Positions 50,264 through 57,864 of a DNA stretch of 64,000 bases are shown here, piece by piece. Below the pieces are notes generated by a model. That model did no database searches and was not told the origin of the DNA. It saw nothing but the letters and a program-made list of their open reading frames with translations. Numbering within the stretch: position 1 is the first letter of the stretch; each line of letters begins with the position of its first letter. The stretch spans positions 1,086,538-1,150,537 of the forward strand of contig CAWKCK010000017.1 of the NCBI GenBank assembly GCA_963848135.1. The letters run 5' to 3'. This DNA is from an uncultured delta proteobacterium (lineage in GTDB: Bacteria > Desulfobacterota > Desulfobacteria > Desulfobacterales > SG8-13). Both the position numbers and the translations under genes were made by a program.

Positions 50264-51100
50264 TTATGCCATTGGTCTCGGTGTTATTAGTTCCAATACA
50301 GCGATTTCAGGATAGCAATTAAACCTGACGGGGTAAATGGCCCAACCGATTCCCCGACTGATAAAAAGCTGTGTTCTCGGTGTGGATATAAGGTCACTGG
50401 AATAGTCTTTGTTTTTGACAGGCAACACCGGGGGGCCCCAAAAGAGAATCACAACTTGTCCGCCGTGCGTGTGACCACTCAATACGAGTGACAATGATGT
50501 ATTAAATGCTGTATCAACAGAGTCTGGATTGTGTGCCAAAAGTATTCGACATTCTTTTTTACCAGAACAAGAAAAGGCCTTATCGATATTTAAGTTATCT
50601 TCCCAGTAGTCGCCGGCGCCTCCAATAAAAATCCTATCACTACCCTTGTAAATAGGCTTACATTGATGCCTAATATTTTGACCCGTTCTTTCCATCCAAT
50701 AAAGAGATCTATCGAAATCCGCCCCGTGATCATGATTGCCTAAAACAGAGTAGACCCCGTGTTTTGCTTCGAGTTTTGACAAAATAGTCCATACCTTATC
50801 AACTTGCTGACTCGCATTCCGCTCATGGACATAGTCGCCGGTACAGACGATGAGGTCGGCTCGCAATCGATTCGTTCGATGAACGATTTCCTTGACGAAG
50901 GACTCCGAAACAAGAAAACCTAAATGCAAGTCCGTAAGATGTGCAATAGTGAATCCGTGGAAGGATGGTGGTAAATGAGCGATCGGAATCTTGTATCGAT
51001 TGATCTGGACAATATTTCTTTCGATTAATACCGGATAGCTCCCGGCAAGAGCGGCAGTTCCACCATATAGCGCAAATTTGAGAAATGTTCTTCTGTTCAT
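50264..51100 (-). CDS. Metallophosphoesterase (YkuE-like) with Tat-like N-terminus
   Basis: MNRRTFLK; DLH, GDY, GNHD, HNPD, GHTHGG. Confidence 0.9.
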   Translation of the reverse strand: MNRRTFLKFALYGGTAALAGSYPVLIERNIVQINRYKIPIAHLPPSFHGFTIAHLTDLHLGFLVSESFVKEIVHRTNRLRADLIVCTGDYVHERNASQQVDKVWTILSKLEAKHGVYSVLGNHDHGADFDRSLYWMERTGQNIRHQCKPIYKGSDRIFIGGAGDYWEDNLNIDKAFSCSGKKECRILLAHNPDSVDTAFNTSLSLVLSGHTHGGQVVILFWGPPVLPVKNKDYSSDLISTPRTQLFISRGIGWAIYPVRFNCYPEIAVLELITPRPMA

Positions 51101-51212
51101 TCTGTTATCGAAAAAAATCCCCTATCAGATCCATATCGCTCATATTGCCAAATATGTGCGCCAAGGGGTTCAATAGTATCTATCGCGATTAAACGGCTTT
51201 TACACTTTACAT

Positions 51213-51482
51213 TCAGGCATCAGATCGTTTGTTTTTCCATGGGAGCTCTCCAGGGGATGCATTTTCCCATTCTTTAATTATTCTTTGTGCTTCCGGAAAG
51301 TCTGTCTCAGAAACCCGAATTAAACCCCAGCCATATTGAGTTTGGAAAAGGCCATCATATGCAGTATCATGAAATGATTTTATTTCTGCATATATTCCAT
51401 GCTCCTCTAGTATCGATTTGATTACATTTGCTTCTGCTTCGTTCTCAGGTTTCATTAAATTCTTCATGGTTTGTTTTTCCAA
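51213..51482 (-). CDS. DUF2007-like small protein
   Basis: EAEANVIKSILEEHGI...IRVSETDFPEA. Confidence 0.7.
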   Translation of the reverse strand: MEKQTMKNLMKPENEAEANVIKSILEEHGIYAEIKSFHDTAYDGLFQTQYGWGLIRVSETDFPEAQRIIKEWENASPGELPWKNKRSDA

Positions 51483-51623
51483 ACATTTTAGAGGATATCG
51501 GTAGGGTAAGCCAACGATTTTAAAGGTTAGACGGATGCGAAGTGTTTTATTCTTCGGTTGAATCTACCCATCAGAATAAGGTCAACTTTAAATGTGAAAA
51601 ACGTACCGTATCTTTTTAATGGA

Positions 51624-52883
51624 TTAGAAAGCTACTGAGGTGACAGCTATCTCGGCAAAGGCTTCAATCTCCGTTGCCAGCGCGTCATGGTCCAGTAAAC
51701 CGATCTTAAGTGATGAGGGCACCTCATCCGATGCTGCACCAACCAGCATGCCCAGCAACATGCCCCTGTGGACGCTGTCACCACCGGAGTTGGCATTGGC
51801 CAATAAAGCTGCTTCCAGATCGAAATTGTGCCTGACGGCCAAATAGAGCATCATGGGCAGGCCGTGTTCAGGGTAGCAAGCCGTGGCTAAGCGATTGCGG
51901 GTCAAGGCTTCTTCTCCGATCTCATCCAGCACTCGGGGTATGTCCATGGGAATATCCTCCAGCCGCGTGTGAAGCTGCCACATCTCTTCGGAAGGGATGT
52001 TACCAGGGCCGTTAGCTTGTCTGTATCGGGAGAAAAGTTCACTGCCGGTTACTATGGGCATGCAAACCCGACGGGCATATGCTATCGTGGTTTCTCTGCC
52101 TTCATAGCCTAATGCCAAATCATGCAAGAGCGGAACAAGCACGCTCAACGCGGTGGCATTGTTTTCGGAGCGATGGGTCAGGTTCTGATGCTCGAAGGCC
52201 AGGCCAACTCCCTGGTAGGGATTTCGGGCAAGCAGGCTCACGACCAGGGGCCGGATTATTCCTCCATGCGAACCGATGGACCATGTGCTGCGTTGCAGTT
52301 CAGCACAGGCGTGGGGGGGCATTCCCCGGGTGTATTGCTCGAACCACCGTCGGATGTAGATTTCGGTATAGGGATCGCGATTGCTACCCGGTGTGGCGAG
52401 GTGATTAATAAACGCATCGATAAACGCCTGCTGTTCGTATCGGCCTTCGGCAACTACGGAACGCATGAGTACCCTGACGAGGTGCGCGCCCAGCGTGTTT
52501 TCGCCAGCTTGAAGACCATGGTGATAGTGGTAGCGATCGTCAAGTGAAGGCGTGGGGTTACCGTGCTCAGTCTCGCGCTCGGTTTGTTCGATTTCAAGGG
52601 TGTGAAAGCTGGTATTGTAGAAACGAACATGTTCGTGGAGAATATCATAAGGCCGATCGAGCCGCTTGGCGACTTCCACGTCCGGGTGATAGCCCATCCC
52701 GACCATGAAACTTTCGGGGTGTGGATGCCGGGCGGCCTCATAAGCGGTCACACCGCCTGCGAAATCCTTTTTGATATTGTCCTGATTGTAGTACCAATGC
52801 ACCGGCATTGCCAGAGAATCACCGATAAACAGGCCCCAGAGGGCATTTTTAAGTCGCTGCAACCGCAATTTGATATCTTGCAT
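51624..52883 (-). CDS. ADP-ribosylglycohydrolase family protein
   Basis: GLFIGDSLAMPVHW, NANSGGDSVHRG. Confidence 0.85.
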   Translation of the reverse strand: MQDIKLRLQRLKNALWGLFIGDSLAMPVHWYYNQDNIKKDFAGGVTAYEAARHPHPESFMVGMGYHPDVEVAKRLDRPYDILHEHVRFYNTSFHTLEIEQTERETEHGNPTPSLDDRYHYHHGLQAGENTLGAHLVRVLMRSVVAEGRYEQQAFIDAFINHLATPGSNRDPYTEIYIRRWFEQYTRGMPPHACAELQRSTWSIGSHGGIIRPLVVSLLARNPYQGVGLAFEHQNLTHRSENNATALSVLVPLLHDLALGYEGRETTIAYARRVCMPIVTGSELFSRYRQANGPGNIPSEEMWQLHTRLEDIPMDIPRVLDEIGEEALTRNRLATACYPEHGLPMMLYLAVRHNFDLEAALLANANSGGDSVHRGMLLGMLVGAASDEVPSSLKIGLLDHDALATEIEAFAEIAVTSVAF

Positions 52884-53136
52884 GGTTCACTCTCCGATGT
52901 CTTCCTGAACGTAGATAACAATCAACTATCAATACCATAAACGCGCGTGCGAGATTTACAAGCTACAACTCATGGTTCGATGTTTGCATTGTATGATATA
53001 TCATCTCAGGCTAGGTTGTTGAGTTGAAATATTAAAAATCGAAAAGCATACAAAGTTTCATTTTTCCGAAAATAATGTTTTCCTTACCTGATGGCGGCTT
53101 CTATAACTCGCGGTATTGATATAATGACATACTAAG

Positions 53137-53224
53137 GGGGTCATTTCCTACCCGACACGATATCTCTTTCGAGAGCGTTGATTAAGGATTTAGAACTACT
53201 ACATGTCGGGTGGCTTATAACCCC
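53137..53224. repeat. Imperfect 23-bp inverted repeat (REP-like)
   Basis: GGGGTCATTTCCTACCCGACACG ... CATGTCGGGTGGCTTATAACCCC. Confidence 0.6.
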
Positions 53225-53231
53225 ATTAGTA

Positions 53232-53388
53232 AGTCATCCCATCAGCTTGAGTTCCTTTTCCACACTCTTTTCGCCCCTCTTTCCCGATTGGCTGGCAGGG
53301 GTTTGTGAAATGCTAAGCCTTTTGGAAAGCGCCAACGTGCTGATGACAATTTTTCCGCGCTGCCATACCGATCAAGATATCAATACCC
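53232..53388 (-). mobile_element. C-terminal HTH remnant, probably from a RAYT/Y1-type transposase; copy 2
   Basis: ISTLALSKRLSISQTPASQSGKRGEKSVEKELKLMG*. Confidence 0.45.
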
Positions 53389-53460
53389 GGCCCCTACCTC
53401 CCACTTGTCAACGAAGAGACGACGTCCCTATCTTCCTAAAGTACCATTTTGCTTTCAAGC

Positions 53461-53523
53461 GCCGAACGGCTGTGTTGACCGGCAAGTTTGCCCTTCTAAT
53501 GGGCGTAGAACGTCTGGTTAGTG
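53461..53523 (-). other. attC-like site F
   Basis: CACTAAC ... GTTCGGC, 63 bp. Confidence 0.55.
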
Positions 53524-53635
53524 GGGTGAACTTGCCGAGTCAATTCCGTGGTTATCGGGTAAAGTCCGATGGCCTTGGAGTTGACCCGGGAACCGGGCAT
53601 CCCGGCCGTCGATCAGGCGGACCACAGCGGAGCCT

Positions 53636-53695
53636 GATCAAGGTTTAAGGTCAGGCACGCCGCGGAGTGGTGTTACCTGCACCGTTTTGTTCGCA
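53636..53695 (-). other. attC-like site E (R' degenerate)
   Basis: TGCGAAC-AAAAC-GGTGCAGGT...GCCTGACC...CTTGATC. Confidence 0.6.
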
Positions 53696-54379
53696 ATTAT
53701 TATTGTTTATGTTTTCGTTTAACTTTATCTGCAACATTATGAAAAACAGAACAATATCTTCAATTTTTTTGATCGTCATTTTCTTTCTGTTTTTCAGCTT
53801 AATCGAAATGCAGAGTGTGCTTCCATAGTCATTACTCTTTACTTCAAAATCAATATTCTGTATCTCGTTATAATTGATCGCTTTTTCCGTAAATAAATTA
53901 CGCACGGCGATATTTTGGTTGTCCAGTGTTAAGGTAATTGGTTGACGTTGGATAAATAGTCCTATCGGAATAAATAGAGTTAATAATACAAAAAATAAAG
54001 CTTTACCCGCTAAAAAACTGCCAACGAGAAACAGTACGAGCACTGAAATTACAAAGTTAAAATGAAGCTGATATTTCAAAGTTAATTTGAACTTATGAGA
54101 ATAAAAGCTCTCTTTACGAATTTCAGAAAGTTTTAAACAGATCGTTTTCAAAAGAACGGAGAATTCATTGGTTGCATATCGGATAGGAACTTCTTGTTGT
54201 TCATTTGAAAATATATCGATCCTGTCCCCTGACCGATCCTCTATGTATTGAATATCCCTCCAATTTAAACAAATTTTCTCGTCACTATTCGGACGGTAAA
54301 TTAATTCCTTATCATGAACATCATAATAGATTTTACGATTTATGAAGGATTCATCAATAAAAGTTTTTGATTCGATCAT
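53651..54379 (-). CDS. Hypothetical AT-rich membrane protein (cassette ORF)
   Basis: 242 aa with a central TM hairpin; bounded by attC-like sites D and E. Confidence 0.75.
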   Translation of the reverse strand: MIESKTFIDESFINRKIYYDVHDKELIYRPNSDEKICLNWRDIQYIEDRSGDRIDIFSNEQQEVPIRYATNEFSVLLKTICLKLSEIRKESFYSHKFKLTLKYQLHFNFVISVLVLFLVGSFLAGKALFFVLLTLFIPIGLFIQRQPITLTLDNQNIAVRNLFTEKAINYNEIQNIDFEVKSNDYGSTLCISIKLKNRKKMTIKKIEDIVLFFIMLQIKLNENINNNNCEQNGAGNTTPRRA

Positions 54380-54389
54380 TTCATATACA

Positions 54390-54480
54390 TGCTAACGTCG
54401 CAAATCAACCTCCTCAAAAAGCAGAGTTGAGCGAAGCGAACAGGCGCTTTTTGAGGTCGGCAGCTTTTGCCTTGGTACTT
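54390..54480 (-). other. attC-like site D (R'' degenerate)
   Basis: AAGTACC-AAGGCAAAAGCTGCCGACCTCAAAAAGC...GCTTTTTGAGG...GATTTGCGAC-GTTAGCA. Confidence 0.65.
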
Positions 54481-54512
54481 GATTTAAACTCGAAATTGAT
54501 CTGATTAAAATA

Positions 54513-54623
54513 TTAAGTTTTACTTTTTTTAGTTTTCTTATCCTTTTTCTCTTTGCGTTTTTCTTTCAACGTTTTTTCTGATTTTTTCTTAACTGTTTTT
54601 TGAGCATCTCTTCCTTTAGACAT
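54513..54623 (-). CDS. 36-aa lysine-rich small protein
   Basis: MSKGRDAQKTVKKKSEKTLKEKRKEKKDKKTKKSKT; GAGGGA RBS; below the ORF-track cutoff. Confidence 0.6.
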   Translation of the reverse strand: MSKGRDAQKTVKKKSEKTLKEKRKEKKDKKTKKSKT

Positions 54624-54654
54624 GAAGTTCCCTCTGTTTCAGATAGTTAACTAT

Positions 54655-54765
54655 ATTATTTAGCCAGGATAGAAAAATGAGAGCGACCTGGCGGTTCCAG
54701 CGGCCAACATACTGCTCGTATGGGCTGCTGCGCTCCCAGGTGTCGGAGATATGTTCGTGGGCCAT
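54655..54765 (-). pseudogene. N-terminal fragment, probably of a SAM-dependent methyltransferase
   Basis: MAHEHISDTWERSSPYEQYVGRWNRQVALIFLSWL, then abrupt switch to AT-rich DNA. Confidence 0.55.
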
Positions 54766-54793
54766 GGTCACATCCTTCTGAGCACCATGCGAT

Positions 54794-54824
54794 GCCCAAT
54801 GGCGGGTTGACCGGCGGGTTATAG
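54794..54824 (-). other. attC-like site C (internally deleted)
   Basis: CTATAAC overlapping the stop codon ... ATTGGGC; only 31 bp. Confidence 0.5.
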
Positions 54825-55289
54825 CCAAGGGGTATGTCCCTGTACATATCTTTCAACAGCTTCAAAAGGTGTTAAATAACCGTTTCGATCTGCTGAAAGA
54901 TACGTAAACAGACATTGATTAATTGCCATTTCAATAGTGTTTATTTGCTCTGGAGAATACAAACCGATAGTCAGCCGTTTCATCTCATTAATGCTGCCAG
55001 TAAGTCTACGATTTCCGTTTTTACCGAGAGAAAAAGATTTTGAACCGCGATACCAAGGACATGAATTTAGGATCGCCTTTGCTATAGACAGAGGATTTTT
55101 AAACTGTGATTTGCGCCGAACCATCGTAAACAAGGTATATTCATGGACAATGAATAACATCGGGACACGCCCGGCCATCACTACGTCTAACTTCCAGAAG
55201 TCTCCTGAGCGCTCCTCAAGATCCTTCCAATATATTCGAAATCGTTTTGCAGCTTTATTGCTTAGATTGATCATCTTTTTCGTGTACAC
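54819..55289 (-). CDS. Hypothetical protein (cassette ORF)
   Basis: Preceded by GTTATAG and ends in CTATAAC (exact complements). Confidence 0.75.
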   Translation of the reverse strand: MYTKKMINLSNKAAKRFRIYWKDLEERSGDFWKLDVVMAGRVPMLFIVHEYTLFTMVRRKSQFKNPLSIAKAILNSCPWYRGSKSFSLGKNGNRRLTGSINEMKRLTIGLYSPEQINTIEMAINQCLFTYLSADRNGYLTPFEAVERYVQGHTPWL

Positions 55290-55375
55290 CTATAACGTCG
55301 CCGGTGAGCAGCGGACAGGATAATTTACGAACTTGCAAGGCCTCTACGAAGAACAGCGATCTACTCGCCGTCAGC
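55290..55375 (-). other. attC-like site B
   Basis: Arms CGGCGAGTAG / CTGCTCACCG; R' GTTATAG; R'' unclear. Confidence 0.55.
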
Positions 55376-55628
55376 GATAAATATCTTTTCGATGTCCATC
55401 TTTTACAACCCAGACTGTTAATTCATCATCCTGTATAGAATATAAAATGCGATATCGTCCTTGCCGCAGCCGGTACCTCTGTTGCCCAGTCAATTTCTCG
55501 CATCCTGGGGGACGAGGATCTTCGGCAAGTGCTTCGATGCGCTCAAGGATTTTTTTTAGGTTGTTTTTTGGGATTGCAGTAAAATCCTTCTCCACAGACT
55601 TTTTGAAAAAAACCTTATATGCGGCCAT
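55371..55628 (-). CDS. relE: RelE/ParE family toxin
   Basis: LAEDPRPPGCEKLTG..YRLRQGRYRILY...GHRKDIYR. Confidence 0.9.
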   Translation of the reverse strand: MAAYKVFFKKSVEKDFTAIPKNNLKKILERIEALAEDPRPPGCEKLTGQQRYRLRQGRYRILYSIQDDELTVWVVKDGHRKDIYR

Positions 55629-55848
55629 CTTTTTTCAGCCTCTTGACCATTTCTTCATAGCTAATCAGCGCTTCATCCGCTCTTTCTTCAAATGCTAATA
55701 AATCTTCAGCATCATCTGAAAGTGCCTCCCGGACGGCCTGGTTCACAAGTTCAGATACGGATCGGGAAGTTTCAACGGACTTTAGGCGCAAAGCTTTGTG
55801 AAGATTGGGGTCAAAATATATGGTAGCGCGCTTTGTTTGAGTTGCCAT
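55615..55848 (-). CDS. CopG/RHH antitoxin
   Basis: KRATIYFDPNLHKALRLKS...SVSELVNQAV; acidic C-terminus; overlaps the toxin start. Confidence 0.88.
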   Translation of the reverse strand: MATQTKRATIYFDPNLHKALRLKSVETSRSVSELVNQAVREALSDDAEDLLAFEERADEALISYEEMVKRLKKDGRI

Positions 55849-55875
55849 AATATCACCTCCTTTAGTAGCTATGAC

Positions 55876-55904
55876 ACTATAGCGATAAAACGTTTTACCG
55901 TCAA
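55876..55904 (-). promoter_or_regulatory. Sigma70 promoter of the TA module with palindromic operator
   Basis: TTGACG-17 bp-TATAGT; spacer holds TAAAACGTTTTA. Confidence 0.75.
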
Positions 55905-55917
55905 GGTTGGAATTGGG

Positions 55918-55995
55918 AGCGAACGCCAACATCATCGGGCGCAATAGAGGGAGGAACAACCGGCGGTGTGTTCCGAGTGAATGTGCTTGTTATGC
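55918..55995 (-). other. attC-like site A
   Basis: GCATAAC-AAGCACATTCACTCGG...CCGATGATGTTGGC-GTTCGCT, 78 bp. Confidence 0.7.
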
Positions 55996-56040
55996 TTTGA
56001 GTTTATATTTGTCAGGATTTCATTTTGATATCCATCCAGT

Positions 56041-56250
56041 TTATATTTCCTTGTTCGCATCAAATTCCCGAAAATATGGCTTTATATCAAGAACCGGGGT
56101 ATTGTCTAAAATATCTAGATCCGAAACCATTAGGTGCTTTTCTTTAATTTCATTGAGCTGAACAGCGGAGAACCCAATCGGATTTGGTCTTCTTGGAGAC
56201 CTTGTAGCGAATAATCCCCTAACCACTGTTTCCTCCGATGGAGTAAAAAT
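56041..56250 (-). pseudogene. TrmO/TsaA-like methyltransferase, 3' fragment
   Basis: GLFATRSPRRPNPIG...DILDNTPVLDIKPY; 5' half missing. Confidence 0.8.
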
Positions 56251-56300
56251 TAATTTGTACTCCGAAATTTCATGAAAATGGCATAATGGATGGGTGCTAT

Positions 56301-56446
56301 TTTGTTTCCTTTCAGGAATGGCAGATTTCGGCCCCGGTCAAGGCCGCAGCGATTTTGTAACCGCAAGCGTAGGGGCGCTACATCAAGGATTACAAGGAGC
56401 GAGAACACAGTCCCGGGCCGAAAGATGCCATTACTGACGGACACTA
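56301..56446. repeat. MITE-like element with imperfect terminal inverted repeats
   Basis: TCAGGAATGGCAGATTTCGGCCC ... GGGCCGAAAGATGCCATTACTGACGGACACTA. Confidence 0.65.
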
Positions 56447-57610
56447 ACCGGCGACCGCCGGATTCCTCACTGCCTCCGATAGCGTCTTCGGAATCTTGAT
56501 CGTGAAGAGCGTCCCCTGACCGATCGTAGATTTGACCAGGATCTCACCGCCGTGCTGCCTGACAATTTTATGAGAGATAAACAGTCCCAGACCGGTTCCG
56601 TGGCGCCCCTTGGAAGAGAAAAAAGGCGTAAAGAGCTTGGCAACAGTATCAGGCTCCATGCCGATCCCATTGTCGCATACGGTAAAAATTACATGGCTTG
56701 CGTCCTGACGAACGCCGAAAACGATTTTGTGGTCGGTCTTGGCGGTATCTTTGGTGCAGGCATCCACGGCATTTTCGAGAATGTTCGTCAAAGCCGAATG
56801 AATATAGCCGGCATCGATCTCGAAGTCGCCGACCGTATCGTCGAATTCCTTCACAAACACGATATTCTGATTCTCGATCTTGGGCGCAAATATGGCAGCA
56901 AGGTCCTCGGCGAAGCTAAGGGGATCGACCCGTTCCCACTTAAGGCCCCTTTTTTTGGCATAAAAGAGAATATCGAGCACCATCTTGCGGATCCGTTCCA
57001 CCATCAGCTTGACCGTTTCCCAGCCTTCCTTGATTTGATCGCGGTTCTGCTTGGAAAAGCCTGAATCGACGAGGTACATGCCGCCGTCCAGGCCGGTCAG
57101 CAAGCCCTTTATCCCGTGAGAAATCGAGCCGATCATCAGACCGAGGGATGACAGATGGTCCTGCAGTTCAGTCTTTTCCCGCACAAGAGCCTCCAGGTTC
57201 TCGGTATACTCCTTGAGCTGCCGCTTCATCACGATTTTGTCCTGCACCCGCTTCAATGCGATTTCCAGGGCATCGACATTGATCGGCTTGGTGATGAAAT
57301 CGGTGGCCTCGAACTTGAGGCTTTTTATGGCCAGGTTCATATCACCGTGACCGGTGATCATAATTACTTCGGTTTCAGGGCTCTCGCGCTTGATGATTTG
57401 AAGCAATCCGAGTCCGTCCATCCCCGGCATCTTGATGTCGGTCATTACGATCGGCGGATCGATTTTTCTGAAAATTTCAAGCGCCTGGTCACCGTTTTCG
57501 GCAGTGTGGACCGTATATCCCATATCGGCAATCGACACGCCGAGCACATCACGAATGTCTTCTTCGTCATCCACCAGCAAAATCGGCCGGTTGTTTTGGG
57601 TGAAGGTCAT
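56444..57610 (-). CDS. Receiver-histidine kinase hybrid
   Basis: LLVDDE, DIKMP, FITKP; SISHGIK, NAVDA, GTGLGL; start placed at ATG 57610 outside the MITE. Confidence 0.92.
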   Translation of the reverse strand: MTFTQNNRPILLVDDEEDIRDVLGVSIADMGYTVHTAENGDQALEIFRKIDPPIVMTDIKMPGMDGLGLLQIIKRESPETEVIMITGHGDMNLAIKSLKFEATDFITKPINVDALEIALKRVQDKIVMKRQLKEYTENLEALVREKTELQDHLSSLGLMIGSISHGIKGLLTGLDGGMYLVDSGFSKQNRDQIKEGWETVKLMVERIRKMVLDILFYAKKRGLKWERVDPLSFAEDLAAIFAPKIENQNIVFVKEFDDTVGDFEIDAGYIHSALTNILENAVDACTKDTAKTDHKIVFGVRQDASHVIFTVCDNGIGMEPDTVAKLFTPFFSSKGRHGTGLGLFISHKIVRQHGGEILVKSTIGQGTLFTIKIPKTLSEAVRNPAVAG

Positions 57611-57630
57611 TGTGTGGCCTCTTTTCCCGT

Positions 57631-57810
57631 TAGTGTCCATCCATAAATGGCCTTTTTTCCACTGTGCGGCGTTCTCCGCAGGTTTCCGGCTGCGGCGTAC
57701 GAAAAGTACGCCTCGTCACAAACTTTTGTGCGGCCTTGCTCAGTGAAAAAAATTCTCATTTATGAATTGGACACTCAATTGTGTCCTAATTCTTTTTGCG
57801 GATGTACACT
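57631..57810. repeat. MITE-like element with AGTGTCC termini plus a partial extra end
   Basis: AGTGTCCATCCATAAATG (57632) / CATTTATGAATTGGACACT (57775); extra GGATGTACACT ending at 57810. Confidence 0.75.
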
Positions 57811-57864
57811 CGTTAGAAGTGGCTTCAAAACCCCACCTAACACCCGAATGTGGTGTTGCCGATT

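Noticed and set aside
51505..51535. Additional attC site (GTCTAAC...GTTGGCT on the minus strand)
   Set aside because: Only ~10 bp between the boxes and no inverted arms; may be chance.
57611..57640. N-terminal MDTNGKRGHT of the receiver-kinase
   Set aside because: That ATG lies in the MITE terminus; the ATG at 57610 has its own RBS.
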